Assembly (NCBI GenBank): GCA_965178125.1
Contig: OZ237770.1
Coordinates: 186,001 to 250,000 of the forward strand
Length of the DNA stretch: 64,000 nucleotides
Direction of reading: 5' to 3'
DNA from: Bilabrum cf. latius
Taxonomy: Eukaryota
Below, piece after piece: positions 1-12,653 of this stretch (position 1 is the stretch's first letter; every line of letters starts with the position of its first letter). The notes beneath the pieces are model-generated. The model did not search any database, was not told the origin of the DNA, and saw nothing but the letters and a program-made list of their open reading frames with translations. The position numbers and the translations under genes are program-made.

Positions 1-928
1 GCCCCGCGGTCGTCCCTCCTCGCACCACCGTGCGATGCACCTCCCGCACCGCGCGAGGGTCTGCTGACCGGGTCCAGCCGGATGGTGGCAGTCGCCCTGT
101 GCCTGTTGGTGATCTCGCTCATGTCCAGCATGCGGAGTGCCCGCTCCATGCCGTCTCTGGAGAGGAAGTGCACCCGGGCCCGACCGTCCCCGATCACGTC
201 GGCCTTGCCCACGTCTGCAGCCTGCCGCATGTGGTCTTTGACGTCCTGCGGGGTGTGACGAGTGATGGTGTGACGAGTGATAGTGTGACGAGCGCGCAGT
301 CATGGGTCCGATGCATCGTGCATGGTGCGCAGGACTGCAAGGACAGCGCGAGGCACGCGTCCTCACCTGCCAGCTGGTGCCGTCTGGGATGCCAGTTACT
401 TCCACGGTGAATCCAGTCTCGACGGCGGGGCTCCTCGCCGGCCTCTCACGCCCGGGCGGTCCCCGACGGTCGCCCCGATCGCCGCGATCGACGCGGTCGC
501 GCGGGCCAGCTCCCTTGGCAAACTCCACGGTCACGCGCCTACCATCGAAGTTCACGCCGTGCCTCTCCCTGACTGCATCTGCGCACCCAATAAAAAATGC
601 GGTTCGCATGAAGTAATGTTGGCATGAGGCCTGCTTGCGATCCATGGCAGTGCCTCCGAGTGGAAAGAAGTGGGCCCCTTTGACACTGCTGAAGAAGCAG
701 TACCGCGACACAAATCCATAGGTATCGGATCAAAATCATGCAGCTATTGGACTTACCCTCCGCATCTCTAAGCTCGTCGAATGTCACAAAGGCAAACGCG
801 ACGCCAGGCTGTCTGCGGTTGAGCTTCACGCTAATCGTGCGAATGGGTCCAAACTTTTCGAACATCCGGCCAAGCTCGTTCTCGCGAACATCATCAGGGA
901 GATTTCCGACGAACAAACGGCCAGCCAT
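1..928 (-). CDS. SRSF1: SR splicing factor, SRSF1/ASF-SF2-like (two RRMs); 3' end runs off the window
   Basis: ATG at 928. RRM1 reads LFVGNLP...AFAFVTF. Introns 756-579 and 366-246 (GT-AG). The spliced product gives the pseudo-RRM signature SWQ|DVKDHMR. Confidence 0.85.
253..294 (+). repeat. Three tandem 15-bp-period copies of the GTGTGACGAGTG motif at the 3' end of SR-gene intron 2
   Basis: GTGTGACGAGTG at 253 and 268, GTGTGACGAGCG at 283. Confidence 0.9.
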
Positions 929-1444
929 GGTAATTATTGAGCTCGTATGTGGCCAAAAGCATGCCTGTTTGGCAGACTGAGATTCTGAACTGGCACGCAA
1001 CAAACAGTCCGAGAGCGACCATATCAAATACAGTAGCCGCGCGGTCTGTTTATTCGTAGACCGCTCGCTGGCGACAATATTATTTTATATACTGCTGCTT
1101 AGCGGGTTCAGGCCTATCATAGTCGCTTGCTGCCGAGCAGTCGGCCGATTGATCCACACGGTCCACTCGGCAAAGGAATCAGCATATTTTCTGACTTGGC
1201 TTGATACCCGTAGCCACAGCAATACGAGGATATGAATCCTTCCACATTTGGTTAGCATCGTGGGGCCCGGGCTGGCGCTGGCCCTGGAAGTGGGCAGGAA
1301 TCGCAGGGTGGGACGCACCACGTTGGCGCGCGGCCTCGTCCAGGGGCACCCAATGGTGTCATGAGGGTGCAAGGGCTGGCTGGAAATTGGAGTTCAAACG
1401 GAGCAAGGCCCATACAGCCAGGCAGGCCAGGGCCGGGTTCTGCT

Positions 1445-4400
1445 ATGGCAGGCCAGTCCCAGAGCAACGCTGGCGGCAATACTGCTCGCCCCGCGGTCCT
1501 TGGCCAAGCAGCTTCTGGAGCGCGACCGCTGGCAGTTAGACCACCTGCATCGATGGGTGTATTTGGATCTGGAAGGCCGGCATCTGCAGGTGCATTCGGA
1601 GTTCGTGGCCTTCCGGGCTTGCCGGCTGCGAGCGGTGCTCGCCCGCGAGCAGTTGCCCCGGCATCGGCCCGGCCCAGCACTGCGCACTCGTCACACGGAT
1701 CGGTCACGGCACGGCCGGGCTCCATGCAGGGGTTCGGTCGCCCCGTTGGACTGTCGTTCGGCAGGCCTGGGCCCAGCACTGGCACTGGTACAAGCCCAGG
1801 CACAGGGTCGACTGGATTCGGGCAGGGCAAGGGCAAGGGCAAGGGCAAGGGGCAGGGCCGTGCTGACCCCCACGCGGGGCACGGCCCGAGACCGTCTGGC
1901 GCGCACTCGTCACAGCCAGTCCCGAGACCACACCAGCCGCAGTCCATTCGGCCCCCTCCACAGTCCCGGTCCCAGCCACCGACATAGGCATAGCAACCGA
2001 CATAGCCACAACCACAGCCACAGTCACAGTCGCGAACACCATTTGCACCCGGCCCAAGGCCCGGCTCGTTCGTGCGACCACCCGTAGTTCCGCAAAACGG
2101 CGCCGCGCACGGCGCACGGCCCGGCCCCCCCTCAGGCGGAGGTGTGGTGAAGCATCCCATGGTGCGACCAACGGTGCGGCCGGGGCACCAGCCGCAGGCG
2201 AGGCAGGCCAACCCACCCCCGAGAATCGAGCCTACACAGGCCCCCCGCGTTCTCTACACGAGCGCGGGGAGGCCCCAGTTCTACAACACGGGAACCGGGA
2301 GCGCGCTGCCTCCGCCTGGGCACACCCATTACGTTGTGGAAGATGAGGGCAACGCTTCGCCGCGCTGCCTTCGATCGACGCTGTACAGGGTAAGGCCTGA
2401 GATTTGCAGTGCATGCTCATGTGATGCTTCGCTTGTGCTCCAGCAGCTGCTACATGCTCCCCCTTGCAGTGTCACCTCCTATTTTCCGAGCATGTGGTTC
2501 TTGACTTCCGCTCTCCATTCCCATTTTCAACCACTTCTTCTTCGCCCCTCCCCCCGCAGATCCCGACGACCAAGGCCCAGCTCGAGAGCACGCACCTCCC
2601 CCTCGCACTGTGCGTCACACCACTGGCAGAGCAAGCCGACGGAGACTCGCCCATGGAATGCGTGGATTTCGGAGAGGCGGGCCCTCCACGGTGCAAATCG
2701 TGCAGAGCCTACATATGCGCGTTCAACAACTGGAAGGACCAGGGGAGGAAGTGGGACTGTGTCATGTGCGAGACGGAGAACGATACACCGGTGGATTACG
2801 TGGGACCGATCGACCACACCGGGCAGCGGCTGGACAGGCGGGACAGGGCGGAGCTGTACAGGGGCTCGATCGACTACATCGCGCCCAAGTCGTACTGGCA
2901 GAGGACGCCGCTGGGCAGCCTCCAGCAGCCGCATTCGCCCTCGTTTGTCTTCCTCGTCGACTGCTCGGCCGCTGCGGTTGCAACCGGCGCGACGTCGCTC
3001 GCGATCCGATCCGTCCGAGACTGCCTGGATTCTCTGCCGGCCGGGACTGCCACCCGCGCGGGGGTGGTTGCCTACGGCCGGACCCCCTTCTTCTTCAAGT
3101 GCGCCAACACAAAAGTGTCCAAAGAGGCCAAGGAAGCCCACGCCATGGCGGCGCAGCAGGCCGCGAAGGGGGGTAGACCCCCTCCCCCGGGGCCCACCCC
3201 GGACCACGGGGAATACCCCGAGGAGGACGGGGGTCACCCCATAGTGGGGCGGATCCCCGTGGCGGAGGGTGTCGACCTGGAGCACCCGTGCGGCGTTTTG
3301 GCTCCGAATTCGCTGCTGGCGGCCCTGTGGGCGCCGGCCCGGGATGAGGCTGGTCAGCTGTAGGGGGGGCTGGTGCGGGCCCGGGGCCGCGCGCGTCTGG
3401 AGGCTGCCTTGGGTCAGATCGAGGAGGCCGCGTGCGGGGGCATCGAAGGGGCCCCTCGGCTGGCGGACGCGGGGCGGTTGCAACCTCCTGGGGAACAAGA
3501 GGGGTACCAGTCATGGGCGCTGAGGGGGGAGCCCGCGAGAGACTGCGAGGCGGAGGAGGAGGAGGAGGAGGAACGGAAGGGTGCATCGCACGATGGCACC
3601 TCGTGGAGGCCAAGCCAGCAGGACGTGGTCGACACGATCCGGGGCTCGGCACCGGGCCCGACGAGTTTGGGTGCAGCGCACGGTATTTGTTAGGATAGTC
3701 CCGTCGCAGCGAGGGATGCTCGGGGCGGCTGGTTTGTTCCCTCCTCCGAGTCGTGCGCCGTGTCGGCGGTGGCAGCGGTGGTCGACAGTCTCGGCCACTG
3801 CGGAGGCCGGGTCATCTGGTTCGTGGGACGGGGCCCCTCGGTGGGGATCGGCGCAGGTGTGACGAGTACATTGGGGGCGGGTGTGACGAGTGCGGCGGGT
3901 GTGTACGGGACGGACGGCGAGCGGTCGCTGTACACGGCCAGCTCGGAGGGTCCTGCAGTGCAGTGCACCGATGCATTGGGCGCGCTTGGGAGGGAGGCTG
4001 TGGAGAGGCGCGTGTGCGTGGATCTCGTGCAGGCCTCCTCGGGGGATTGCGGGGCCGCGGTTCTCGGGATCCTGCCTTAGCTGACGGGGGGTGCGCATCT
4101 GCGAGTTCCAGAGATGAGCGACCCGGGGAGGAGGGCTAGAGCTGCAGCGGTGCTGGCTCGGGCGGGTGTCCCCGGGGGAACAGGGGGGCAGGGTGCCCCC
4201 GGTGGGGGCCCGCCTGGAGGTGGGGGGGCTGGTACCCCGGTAGCTGGAGGGCCAGCAGTAGGTGCATCGCACGGTGGTGCAGCCCCAGGCAGCCCGCCCA
4301 AAGCCACCGGACGGGGGTTTGCCGGCGGGCCAGGTCTCCCTGCCTCCGGAGCCGGCGGCACCACCGGCCCCCCGCCGTCGGGGCCGGGTCACCATCGGAC

Positions 4401-6555
4401 CTCCAGTTCCGGTTTGAGCGTGCACTCTGCCGCTGCCCGCGCGCTGCAGGGCAAGGGCAAGCGCGGGCATGGCAGCAGCACTGGCAGCGGGGGCCCCCCC
4501 GTTCAGATCAGGGCAGACGGCCTGGGCTCCCCGCAGGGGGGTGGCCAAAGGGGTTCAGCCTGGGGAACAACGTCGGCGCAAGGCAGTGCTCCGCCGCAAG
4601 GATTTGGGGGCGGGCTCCCGCCCGACTCGATTCGGGCGGGCGCGGGCTTGGTGAGCGGTCCTGTCGGCGTGTCGGGTGGCGGCACGCCAGTGCCAGGCAT
4701 GGGCACCGCCGCTGGCATGCACCACGGTCCTACTGGTGCCGCGGCAGTGGATCACGGCTGGGGCTTGGGACCTCTGCCTTCCGAGTTTGAGCTGTTTGGA
4801 GGCGCGGGGCAGGACGGGGAGCCTGCCGTGCCTCTTCGTGTGGCTGCTCGACGACTGCGGGACCAGCTGTGCTTTGCGCTGGGCCAGCCGTCTGGGGCCG
4901 CGGCGATGTTCAAGCTCAGAACAAGCAAGGGACTCGAGGCGGGCGCGATGAGCGGAAACGTGCTGCCGTAGTCCAACGACCCCGGTGCGTGCGACATGGC
5001 TGGCGTTGGTCCGCTGTCCACCATCGTGATTGACCTGGGGCTGACCAAGACGATCCCATCGAGGGGCACTGAATACGTGCAGGCTGCTCTGCTCTACACG
5101 ACTGCGTGGGGCGAGAGACGAGTGCGGGTTCACACGCTGGCTCTAGAAGCCAACGACCAGAGCAGCTACACATACAGGTTCGCGGACCTTGGAGCCATCG
5201 GATGCTACCTGGCCCACAGAGCAGCGGATTAGGCGGCCATGGCTCCCATGAAACAGGTGCAGACGGACGTGGTTAGGACGGTCCGTGAGATGCTAAAGCA
5301 CTACAGGATGGAGGTGGCTAGGAATCACAGGCAGGGGCAGCTGATCCTGCCCGAGGGTCTCAAGACCCTGCCCCAGCTGACCACTGCCATGCTGCATTCA
5401 ACGGCGTTTCACCACAACCAGGGCCAGGCACACGCCACCACCGCGCAGAGGTACGCCTCGCAGGGTGCGGAACATGCGCCGCGCGGCGTGTTCGGTCGCG
5501 ACCCCGGGCACGTCCTGTCCAGTGACCCCACGGGTATGCTACCCCTGAGGGTGGGGTCCCCCATGGTGGGGGCAGGGAACACAAGGTGGGCTTCCATGGA
5601 GGGACCCTGGCTCACAGGCATCATGGGGGTGAGGGTGACCGCGGACGCGCGCGCGGCTGCACTGCACTGTGCGAGGGGGTTGGCCCCTCAGGAATGGGTC
5701 CGTCAGGTCTTGCCACGGTGCTTCTGGGTCAACCGCCCGGACGAAGAGGAGGCAGGGACATGGATGAGGAGGAGGGGCGCGGTGGACGGGGAGCACCCCG
5801 ATGAGGCACCAAGGGGCGGGAGGGACTGGACCATCGTGCCCATGGAGCTCTACGCAAGCACGCTGCACGTCAGGATCGAAGGGTCTCGCAGGATCGCACT
5901 CGTCGACGCGGCAGCACCCATCGGGCCGGTTCTGGTGATCGGTTCGAAGGTGCCCGATACCGACGTGGAGGCTCTGTTCGGGCCCGAGGATGGCGGCTGG
6001 ACGAGGTACCTCCCCAGGGAACAACAGGAGGGTGGGGTGGAGGGTGCCAGCGAAGAGGATCGGTCGCGCCGTGGATCCACGGCCAGTGGTGCTGCGGTCG
6101 GCGCGGGCGTGGAGGCCGGTAGCACCAGCAGCACAGGCAGCAGAGCGAGCCATCGGAAGGGCCGAAGGAGCCGGAGGAAGAGCGACGAAGAGCTCTGCCC
6201 CTAGCAGCTAGCGGCACGCCTGCCGCCGCGGCCCGAGGTAAACCTCTGGCGGCTCGGTGTGGGAGGCGTGAGCGGCGGCAAGCGCGACAGGGACAGGGAC
6301 AGGGGCAGAAACCTAGGCATGGCCGAGGCGCTCGCCGCGGTGCTGGAGGAGCTGGCGAGGCAGAGAGCGGAGACAAACCCGCGGCCCGCCACGCTCCAGG
6401 CGATTTGCGCCTCGGACGGACCGGCAGCGGAGGAGTGGCTGGGCTGTTTGCTGGTGGAGGACGAGCTGGACGGCTCGCCCTCGTACGTTGGGTCGCTGTG
6501 CGACGCTCACCTGGAGGTGCAGGAAGCCTTGGCGCGTGGAGGTGGGCTGGGCTGA
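1445..6555 (+). CDS. SEC24: COPII coat subunit Sec24 (~1646 aa when TAG is read as Gln)
   Basis: P/G/Q-rich N-terminus, GNASPRCLRSTLYR|IP (intron 2390-2559), zinc finger RCKSCRAY...WDCVMC, FVFLVDCS, QAALLYT...ERRVRVHTL, GQLILPEGLKTLP. Seven track ORFs from 2464 on share one frame and are separated only by TAG (9 TAGs in the gene). Ends TGA. An alternative ATG lies at 1361. Confidence 0.9.
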
Positions 6556-6792
6556 ATGGGCAGTTTTTGTACGTTGTCTACGGGTACGTGTGGAGCTGGA
6601 CTGGTATTGGCGCACCTTGGCAGGATTCTAGTGGATCCGATGCTTGGATCGGGATCTAAATCTTAAGCTAGCATCCCAAAAAGATCCGGATCAATTACTA
6701 GGCCAAACCTGAATTGTTTCACTCGCCTTCTGACGCTGCTGAAGCAAACACACGTATAACCGAAAATTTTTGACCGGGATCCCGGGGCTGGT

Positions 6793-8664
6793 TCATTGAG
6801 CTCCGCTGATGCGCACAGCCACGGCATCTCCGGTCCCGCGCACCGTGGCCCACCCAGGCAGCGAAGGCAGCGACAAAGTCAACCCCTTGTTCCCTGCCCC
6901 CCCGTGAACTGTGACGGAAGAGCCGCCAAACCCAACGAGTGCACCAGACAGGCCACTGCCAATCAACGCGCTCTGCTACCGACCGCCAGCCACCACCACA
7001 GGCTCGGTCAGTGTCACGTTGAGCGTCCCATCGGGTCCACTTCCAGCCACCCCACCTAAGTTAGGATACGGCCTGAAGATCGCGTACAGCACCGGATCCG
7101 ACCCTTGCTTCACGGTGTAGGCGATTTTGGACACCCCCGATCTTCCGCTGGAGCAGCCCGCCCTCCAGACAGGCTCCCAGTCCGGATCTGTCCTGCCGTA
7201 GCACTGGCCCGCTAGCGAGGGCGGGGCGCCCTGGGAGCCGTCAAAGTAGGAGAACGAAAAGCAGCTGCCAGCTGTTGCCTCGTCGTTTGCCCTGCTGCTG
7301 ATCGAACCGCCCTGCCCATCGTTCGCCCTGTCCAAAGCAGCGGCCGTGCACAGCTTCTGGCACCCCTCGATCCCGCCGCCCGGTTTGCCCAGATACGCCA
7401 CCCCCACTGTGGAATTCGATTCCGAATTGTCAGGGATGGCCACGCACTGACCCGCCTGCACCTCGGGAAAAGATGCGGAATCAAAAACCACCGTCTCGCC
7501 CGTGGCTCCGTGGGCCGCGCTCCGCGGGTCGGTACCAAAGATGGCATCCCCGGACACGTTCAGCCAGCGACCAACCGTGCGGAGCAGCTGCTCCTGCGCG
7601 ATCGGAACGAGGCCGGCGCTATCCGGCCCGAGGTTCAGGATCAAGTTTCCTCCATTCGACACCGTGTCGGCCAGAAGCCCGACAAAGTAGGACGAGGGCT
7701 TGTAGACGGCAGCACCCTCCGTTCTTGAGTATCCCCAGGACACTCCAATGGTCTGCCAGAAGGCCCACGGGTGGGACCTACCGTCCTTGGCTCCTTCCCC
7801 GTTGCAGAAGGGGCTGAGCCCGCCCTTTTCGCACACGTAGTAGCCCCCGTGCCTCCCCCTGCATTCGTTGCCCCAGCGGTCGTTCACTGCGATGTCGCTT
7901 CCCACCGTCTGGTTGTTGAACAGCCACGCAAGGAACTGCTTTGTCTGCCAGAATGTGGAGTTTTGCTCCCACTCCCCATCCACCAGCAGATCGTCTGGGA
8001 GGTAGTCAACGGCCTCCCGTAGGGACGGGTGAAGCCACTCTGTGACGTAGGAGCTGGGGTCCGGGCCTCTATACAGGGGGTTGAACCACTGGAAGATGGT
8101 GTGGTACAGGCCTACTCGGAGCTTCTGCCTGCGCATAGCTCGCGTGAAGGCCTGTATCAGGTCCCTTCCTGGTCCCACATCGACGCTGTTCCAGTTGTAG
8201 TTGACCGTGCTCGGGTAGAGCGAGAAGCCGTCGTGGTGCACAGAGGTCAGGTAGGCCATCCTCGCGCCAGCGTCCTTGAACAGCTGGGCCCACTGGTCCG
8301 CATCGAACAAATCAGCATGGAAGTCGTGCGCCAAGTCGGCGTAGGTTGCATCAGGTCCGTACCGCCGGGCGAAGAAGCTCTCGGCCACGTTTTTGGAGTT
8401 TGGGTCGTAGGGACCGTGCTGCCCTAGTGAGTGCCAGAACCACTCCGAGAACCCAACATTGGGTGGAATAGCCTGCTTGCTTGGATTAGAAAAGGATGGG
8501 ACGCTGTAGACGCCCCAGTGGAGGCTCACCGCGAACTTGACGTCGCTCCACCACTTCGGATTCGGCCGCGAGTCCAACGAGTCCCAGTTTGGCTGATACT
8601 CTGCAAGAGCTACGGCAGAATAAAACAAAGCATACTTAATGCAATGCGACACATGCTGCTGCAT
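6793..8664 (-). CDS. Alpha-L-fucosidase (GH29) with a Cys-rich PAN/apple-like insert
   Basis: YQPNWDSLDSRP, HWGVYSVP, HHDGF, VNDRWG, SWGY, GGNLILNLGP. Reading through the TAG at 6976 adds a plausible C-terminus (GLTLSLP...AVRISGAQ) ending TGA at 6793. Start codon uncertain. Confidence 0.88.
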
Positions 8665-8813
8665 TGTGGTCTGCTTGAATCGCCGTGGCTCGGTTGTTGC
8701 ACTTGGGATCGATATGACGAGTTGCGGGCTTTATAGATACACGCTTCAAACCGCGATAAATCAGATCGAGAACGGTCGCGAGGAAGCGTCACGGGCTACG
8801 GCCCGGTGAAAGC

Positions 8814-10041
8814 ATGGCATATTGCATGAGCTCCAGCGAAAGCGAGAAGTCGATTTCATTTACTGCTAAAGCATATGACCCGAGCAAGCATGCATCGATA
8901 GATGGGAAACGCTCGAAAATTGTGTTTTGCGTTCGACATGCTCAGGGTGAGATCAACTGGTTCTATCAGCATTTGGAGTCAGGTGGTGTCATATTTGTGT
9001 GGATATCATGAAACCCAGCTATATTGATATATCCTGTGCTGACTGCGCATACTCCAATCGACCGTGATACTGGCGCACTTGCGAAGATTCTATCGTACTA
9101 CTGAAACGCGTCACTGCTTCAACCGGATCTTCGCAGGGTTCCACAACAAAGCAGTGGAGGAAACAGGAGACCCAGAGGAGTATAAGAATTGGGATTGGAA
9201 TGATTCGCGGTGAGCATTGTATCTGGCCATCGTGCAAGTAAATACGGCTGAATATGGCAAGGTGGCTCTGCAGAGGTTACAACCACATCACTGGCTGTGC
9301 TTTGCCGCCTCTTCAAAGCGTGCGGCTGGGCCAACTGCGCCGCATGGTACTATTGAAGGGTGTGCATGCGATAACCAAGAGCTTACGGATATGGCCGCCC
9401 ATCGTCCGCCCATTTGAATATCGCACTGTCGATCCGTTCTCACTACCGTCCCTACCCTAAGCTCCTGTATTCCGATATTCTCGGCTTCTCTCGCCCGCAG
9501 TCTGACAGAGAAAGGGGAAGAGCAGGCCAGGGCACTAGGAGAGCGCGTGGCCAAGGAGGCGATCGAGCCCCAGGTCGTGCTTGTCTCGTCCCTCTCTCGG
9601 GCCATCAAGACGGGGCTCCTTGGGTTCCCCGCTGCGGCCAAGGCCGGCGTGTCCTTCGAGTGCGTGGACGATTTGAGGGAGACGATCGGGACCCACCCTT
9701 GCGACAAGAGGCGGTCTAGGAAGGAGCTGGGCGAGGATTTCCCAAGCGTGGATTTCAGCTCGCTGGACACGGAAGAGGACGAGAGGTGGAGCGAGGCTCG
9801 TGAGACGGACGACGCCATCAACGAGCGGGCGAGGGGCGTGCTGGGGCTGCTGGCGGGGCGCAAGGAGGAGCGAATCGCGATCGTGTCGCACAACGATTTT
9901 CTCACGGCGATGCTGTTCAATTCTGGGCTTAAGTTTGCCACGCCGGAGGACGAGCGCGCGCTCCGGGTCAAGTTCGGGAATGCCGACCTGCATGGCATGG
10001 TGCTCGAGTGGGAGGAGGAGGCGGTGGGAGAGGGGAAGTGA
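8814..10041 (+). CDS. Histidine phosphatase / phosphoglycerate mutase family protein
   Basis: VRHAQG|FHN, LTEKGEEQA, SSLSRAIKT, IAIVSH. Introns 8947-9136 and 9210-9500 splice in frame. Ends TGA. Confidence 0.88.
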
Positions 10042-10329
10042 TGCACGGCCGGGCTGGGGTGAGCGTGCGAGTTGCATGGGCTAGTGCGTCCTCTGCATGC
10101 CCAGGCTGCCGTGTCTCGCGCTAGGTTCGGTTGCCTAGGTGAATGCCGTCGACCCTGGACTGTGGACCGCCGGCGTGACGAGGGCAGAAATAGACCAAAA
10201 AAATTGTTTCCAATATCAAGTAGTACAGCTATGGTTCGAGCCGCTCGGTTTGCCAAATGGAAACCGATCCATTTTGTTACAATATATGGGAGTGGGATTG
10301 CTGCTGCGTTCGTTGGGTAGACAATAGCA

Positions 10330-11557
10330 CACTCGCTGCTTCAGCCCGACGAGAGGCTGCCGGTATCGAGGAAAGCCGCTCATGTGAACCCCGTCGCCCT
10401 CTCGCCTTTTGCTGCAGCGCTAGAAGTTAATAAATAGCTTGAGAACCCTCCAGGCAGTCATGGAGCAGGTGGTAAGCACGGCAACGACGAGAAGAGACAG
10501 TGACAAGCTGTGCTATTTTTAGCTACGTGCCTGCTTCCATGAGGTCAATGCGATAAATCCCACTGCTTCCAAGCTTGGACTCGCGTTGTAACACCGTACG
10601 AAAGCTTCCAGGTGTTCATGAAGCTCCGAGCATTCATCAATCTCTGAATGCACAAGGTGTAGCCCGCGTTCAGTGCTTCGCAAGCCTCACTGCACCGGTC
10701 GCGCATCAGCAGGGTCCTGCCAAGCCATGCATTATGGTAATAGAAAAATGGTTTGGAGCAAACGGCGCCATCGAGCGTGTCAGGTGGTTGCTAGGTACAC
10801 GGTTCAGCACACCTACACGGGATGGTGCGAGGGGCAGTTAAGCTCACTGGCAGTAGGATATTTCACCAGGAGCACGTGCATTACACAGTGCTATGTGCCT
10901 CATATGAGCTGCATTTCGCAGGCCATTAACTCCATTCCGGCTTACATGGGGCACATGGTTGACGTGGCTTCCTCAGCACGAGCAGGACTTCCCATTGCTG
11001 GCACAGCCTTTACTTGGTGTCTGTCTGTGAGCAGCCTAGATCTAGACAGCTCATCTTTGGCTGACAGATGCCCATGCAGTCAGCCGGTTAGGGGTGCACG
11101 TTAGCGGCAAATATGGGAGGAAGAATGGAGGAGGAGGAGAGGTGGGAGGACGCAGAGAGAGCAGAGCAGCAACAGGAAGCAGCAGCATCGGCAGCGGCAG
11201 GTGAAGTGGCAGACGCCGCAGCACTTGCAGCAGTAGCTGAGCAGGCCGAAGTTGAAGCCGACTAGCAACAGCGAGTATTGCCGGTCGCGCTACACCTGGA
11301 GGGAGGGGTCCGGGGGAGGAGCAGCCGCAGCTGCTGACCCTGGCAAAGCACCTCCTCAAGAGATCGAGCCCGAGGATCCAGGAGCTCCAGCTGCACCACG
11401 ACCCCACCATGGCGGGGAATAGGTGTTGCTAGATCATCCTGAGTGAGCTCGGGAGCCTCGATGAGTGCCACAGAGATGAAGCGTTGGACGAGGGGCCGGT
11501 GCGAGACCTCGAAGGTGATGTTGACGACTGAATATGACAATATTACTTGTTCTCTCT
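10330..11557 (+). mobile_element. Possible decayed retroelement remnant ending in a short (TC)n tail
   Basis: Broken reading frames and an Ala/Glu/Gly-rich 3' part. The terminus GACAATATTACTTGTTCTCTCT resembles the GACATATTATATTCTCTCT end of the element at 16721-17105. Left boundary is a guess. Confidence 0.25.
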
Positions 11558-12653
11558 GGAACCGTGCCCAGGAGGGCTTCGCGGTGATGCCACCTTTTCG
11601 AACGTTCTTGCGATAGTACGAACCTCCGCCGGCGGCGCGGCGTCACACCAGCAGGGGCCCGCGTATCTGAGTCATTTGTACCATAATCTGCGGTACGTAG
11701 GCGAGAATTGCGAGCATATACGGGCACGAAAACAAATACTCCCCTGTTGTCAGTATACAACCAGAATGGGCGCTTGTGGAAGCTTGGTGAGCAATGCCAG
11801 ACCGTGATGGACTAAGGACTTGCGCACCTCCCAGGGCGCACCACAACGATTGCACGCAATATCATGGACAAGCTTGTGTAATTAAACTAAATAATGTTGT
11901 GGATGCATTCAGATAAGCAAGGAATTGTCGCAGTAGCTACCAGCCACAGTTGACGCGTCCAAACAAGCCTCGACGCTACATCGCCGTGAGTGTACCTGTG
12001 TTGAAGAGAGCTCCTCATGCAATCTTTATTCTAGCTTTGCAATATAGTTGCGTTGCTGGCTCAGGTATACCAACTTCAGTTCGTCCAGTGTGAGTTGTTG
12101 CCAGCCTCGTCGAATACCGTGTTTTCTTGCACGCAGACTCATCCGCATCCGGGTCCTCATCCATAAACGTAGGCGTGAGCGAAACGAATTGCCCCAACTT
12201 AGACAGTTGGGCTATTAGTTATTCCTTAAATGGCGTATTTGCGTTGTCTTTTCGATTCTAGAAGGCACGGACAGAGGCCCATGGTGCAGTTGAGTCCAGA
12301 GCAATGATTCTGCCCTGTGGAGTGGACGTCGTCGCACTTGTCCGTCTTTGCAAGCCCAGTAAACAAAAAGAGTCTCGCGTTCTCACTTAAGGACATCGCA
12401 GGGCAAGACAGTACTGGAAGGGCATCGTGGCGGCGGTCGCACGGTTGGTCGCAAACGTACCCAGCGACCGCCATCACTGGGGCATGCGCGCATGCCCGGA
12501 AGTAGAGCTGCAAACAGCGGAACGACTAAGCAGTACGACGTCCTATTGCTATCAATGGCTTTTTAGGGTGATGGTGCGGACCGGCAGCAGCCCGCCCACC
12601 TTAAGCGGAGTGCCGGGGGTGCCGCCACATTGCCGGATTCTGGTCCGACGCCG

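Noticed and set aside
12015-12513. Small Cys/His-rich minus-strand ORFs (CDRRHDALPVLSCP)
   Set aside because: This may be a small spliced gene, but I could not build a convincing model or recognise a family.
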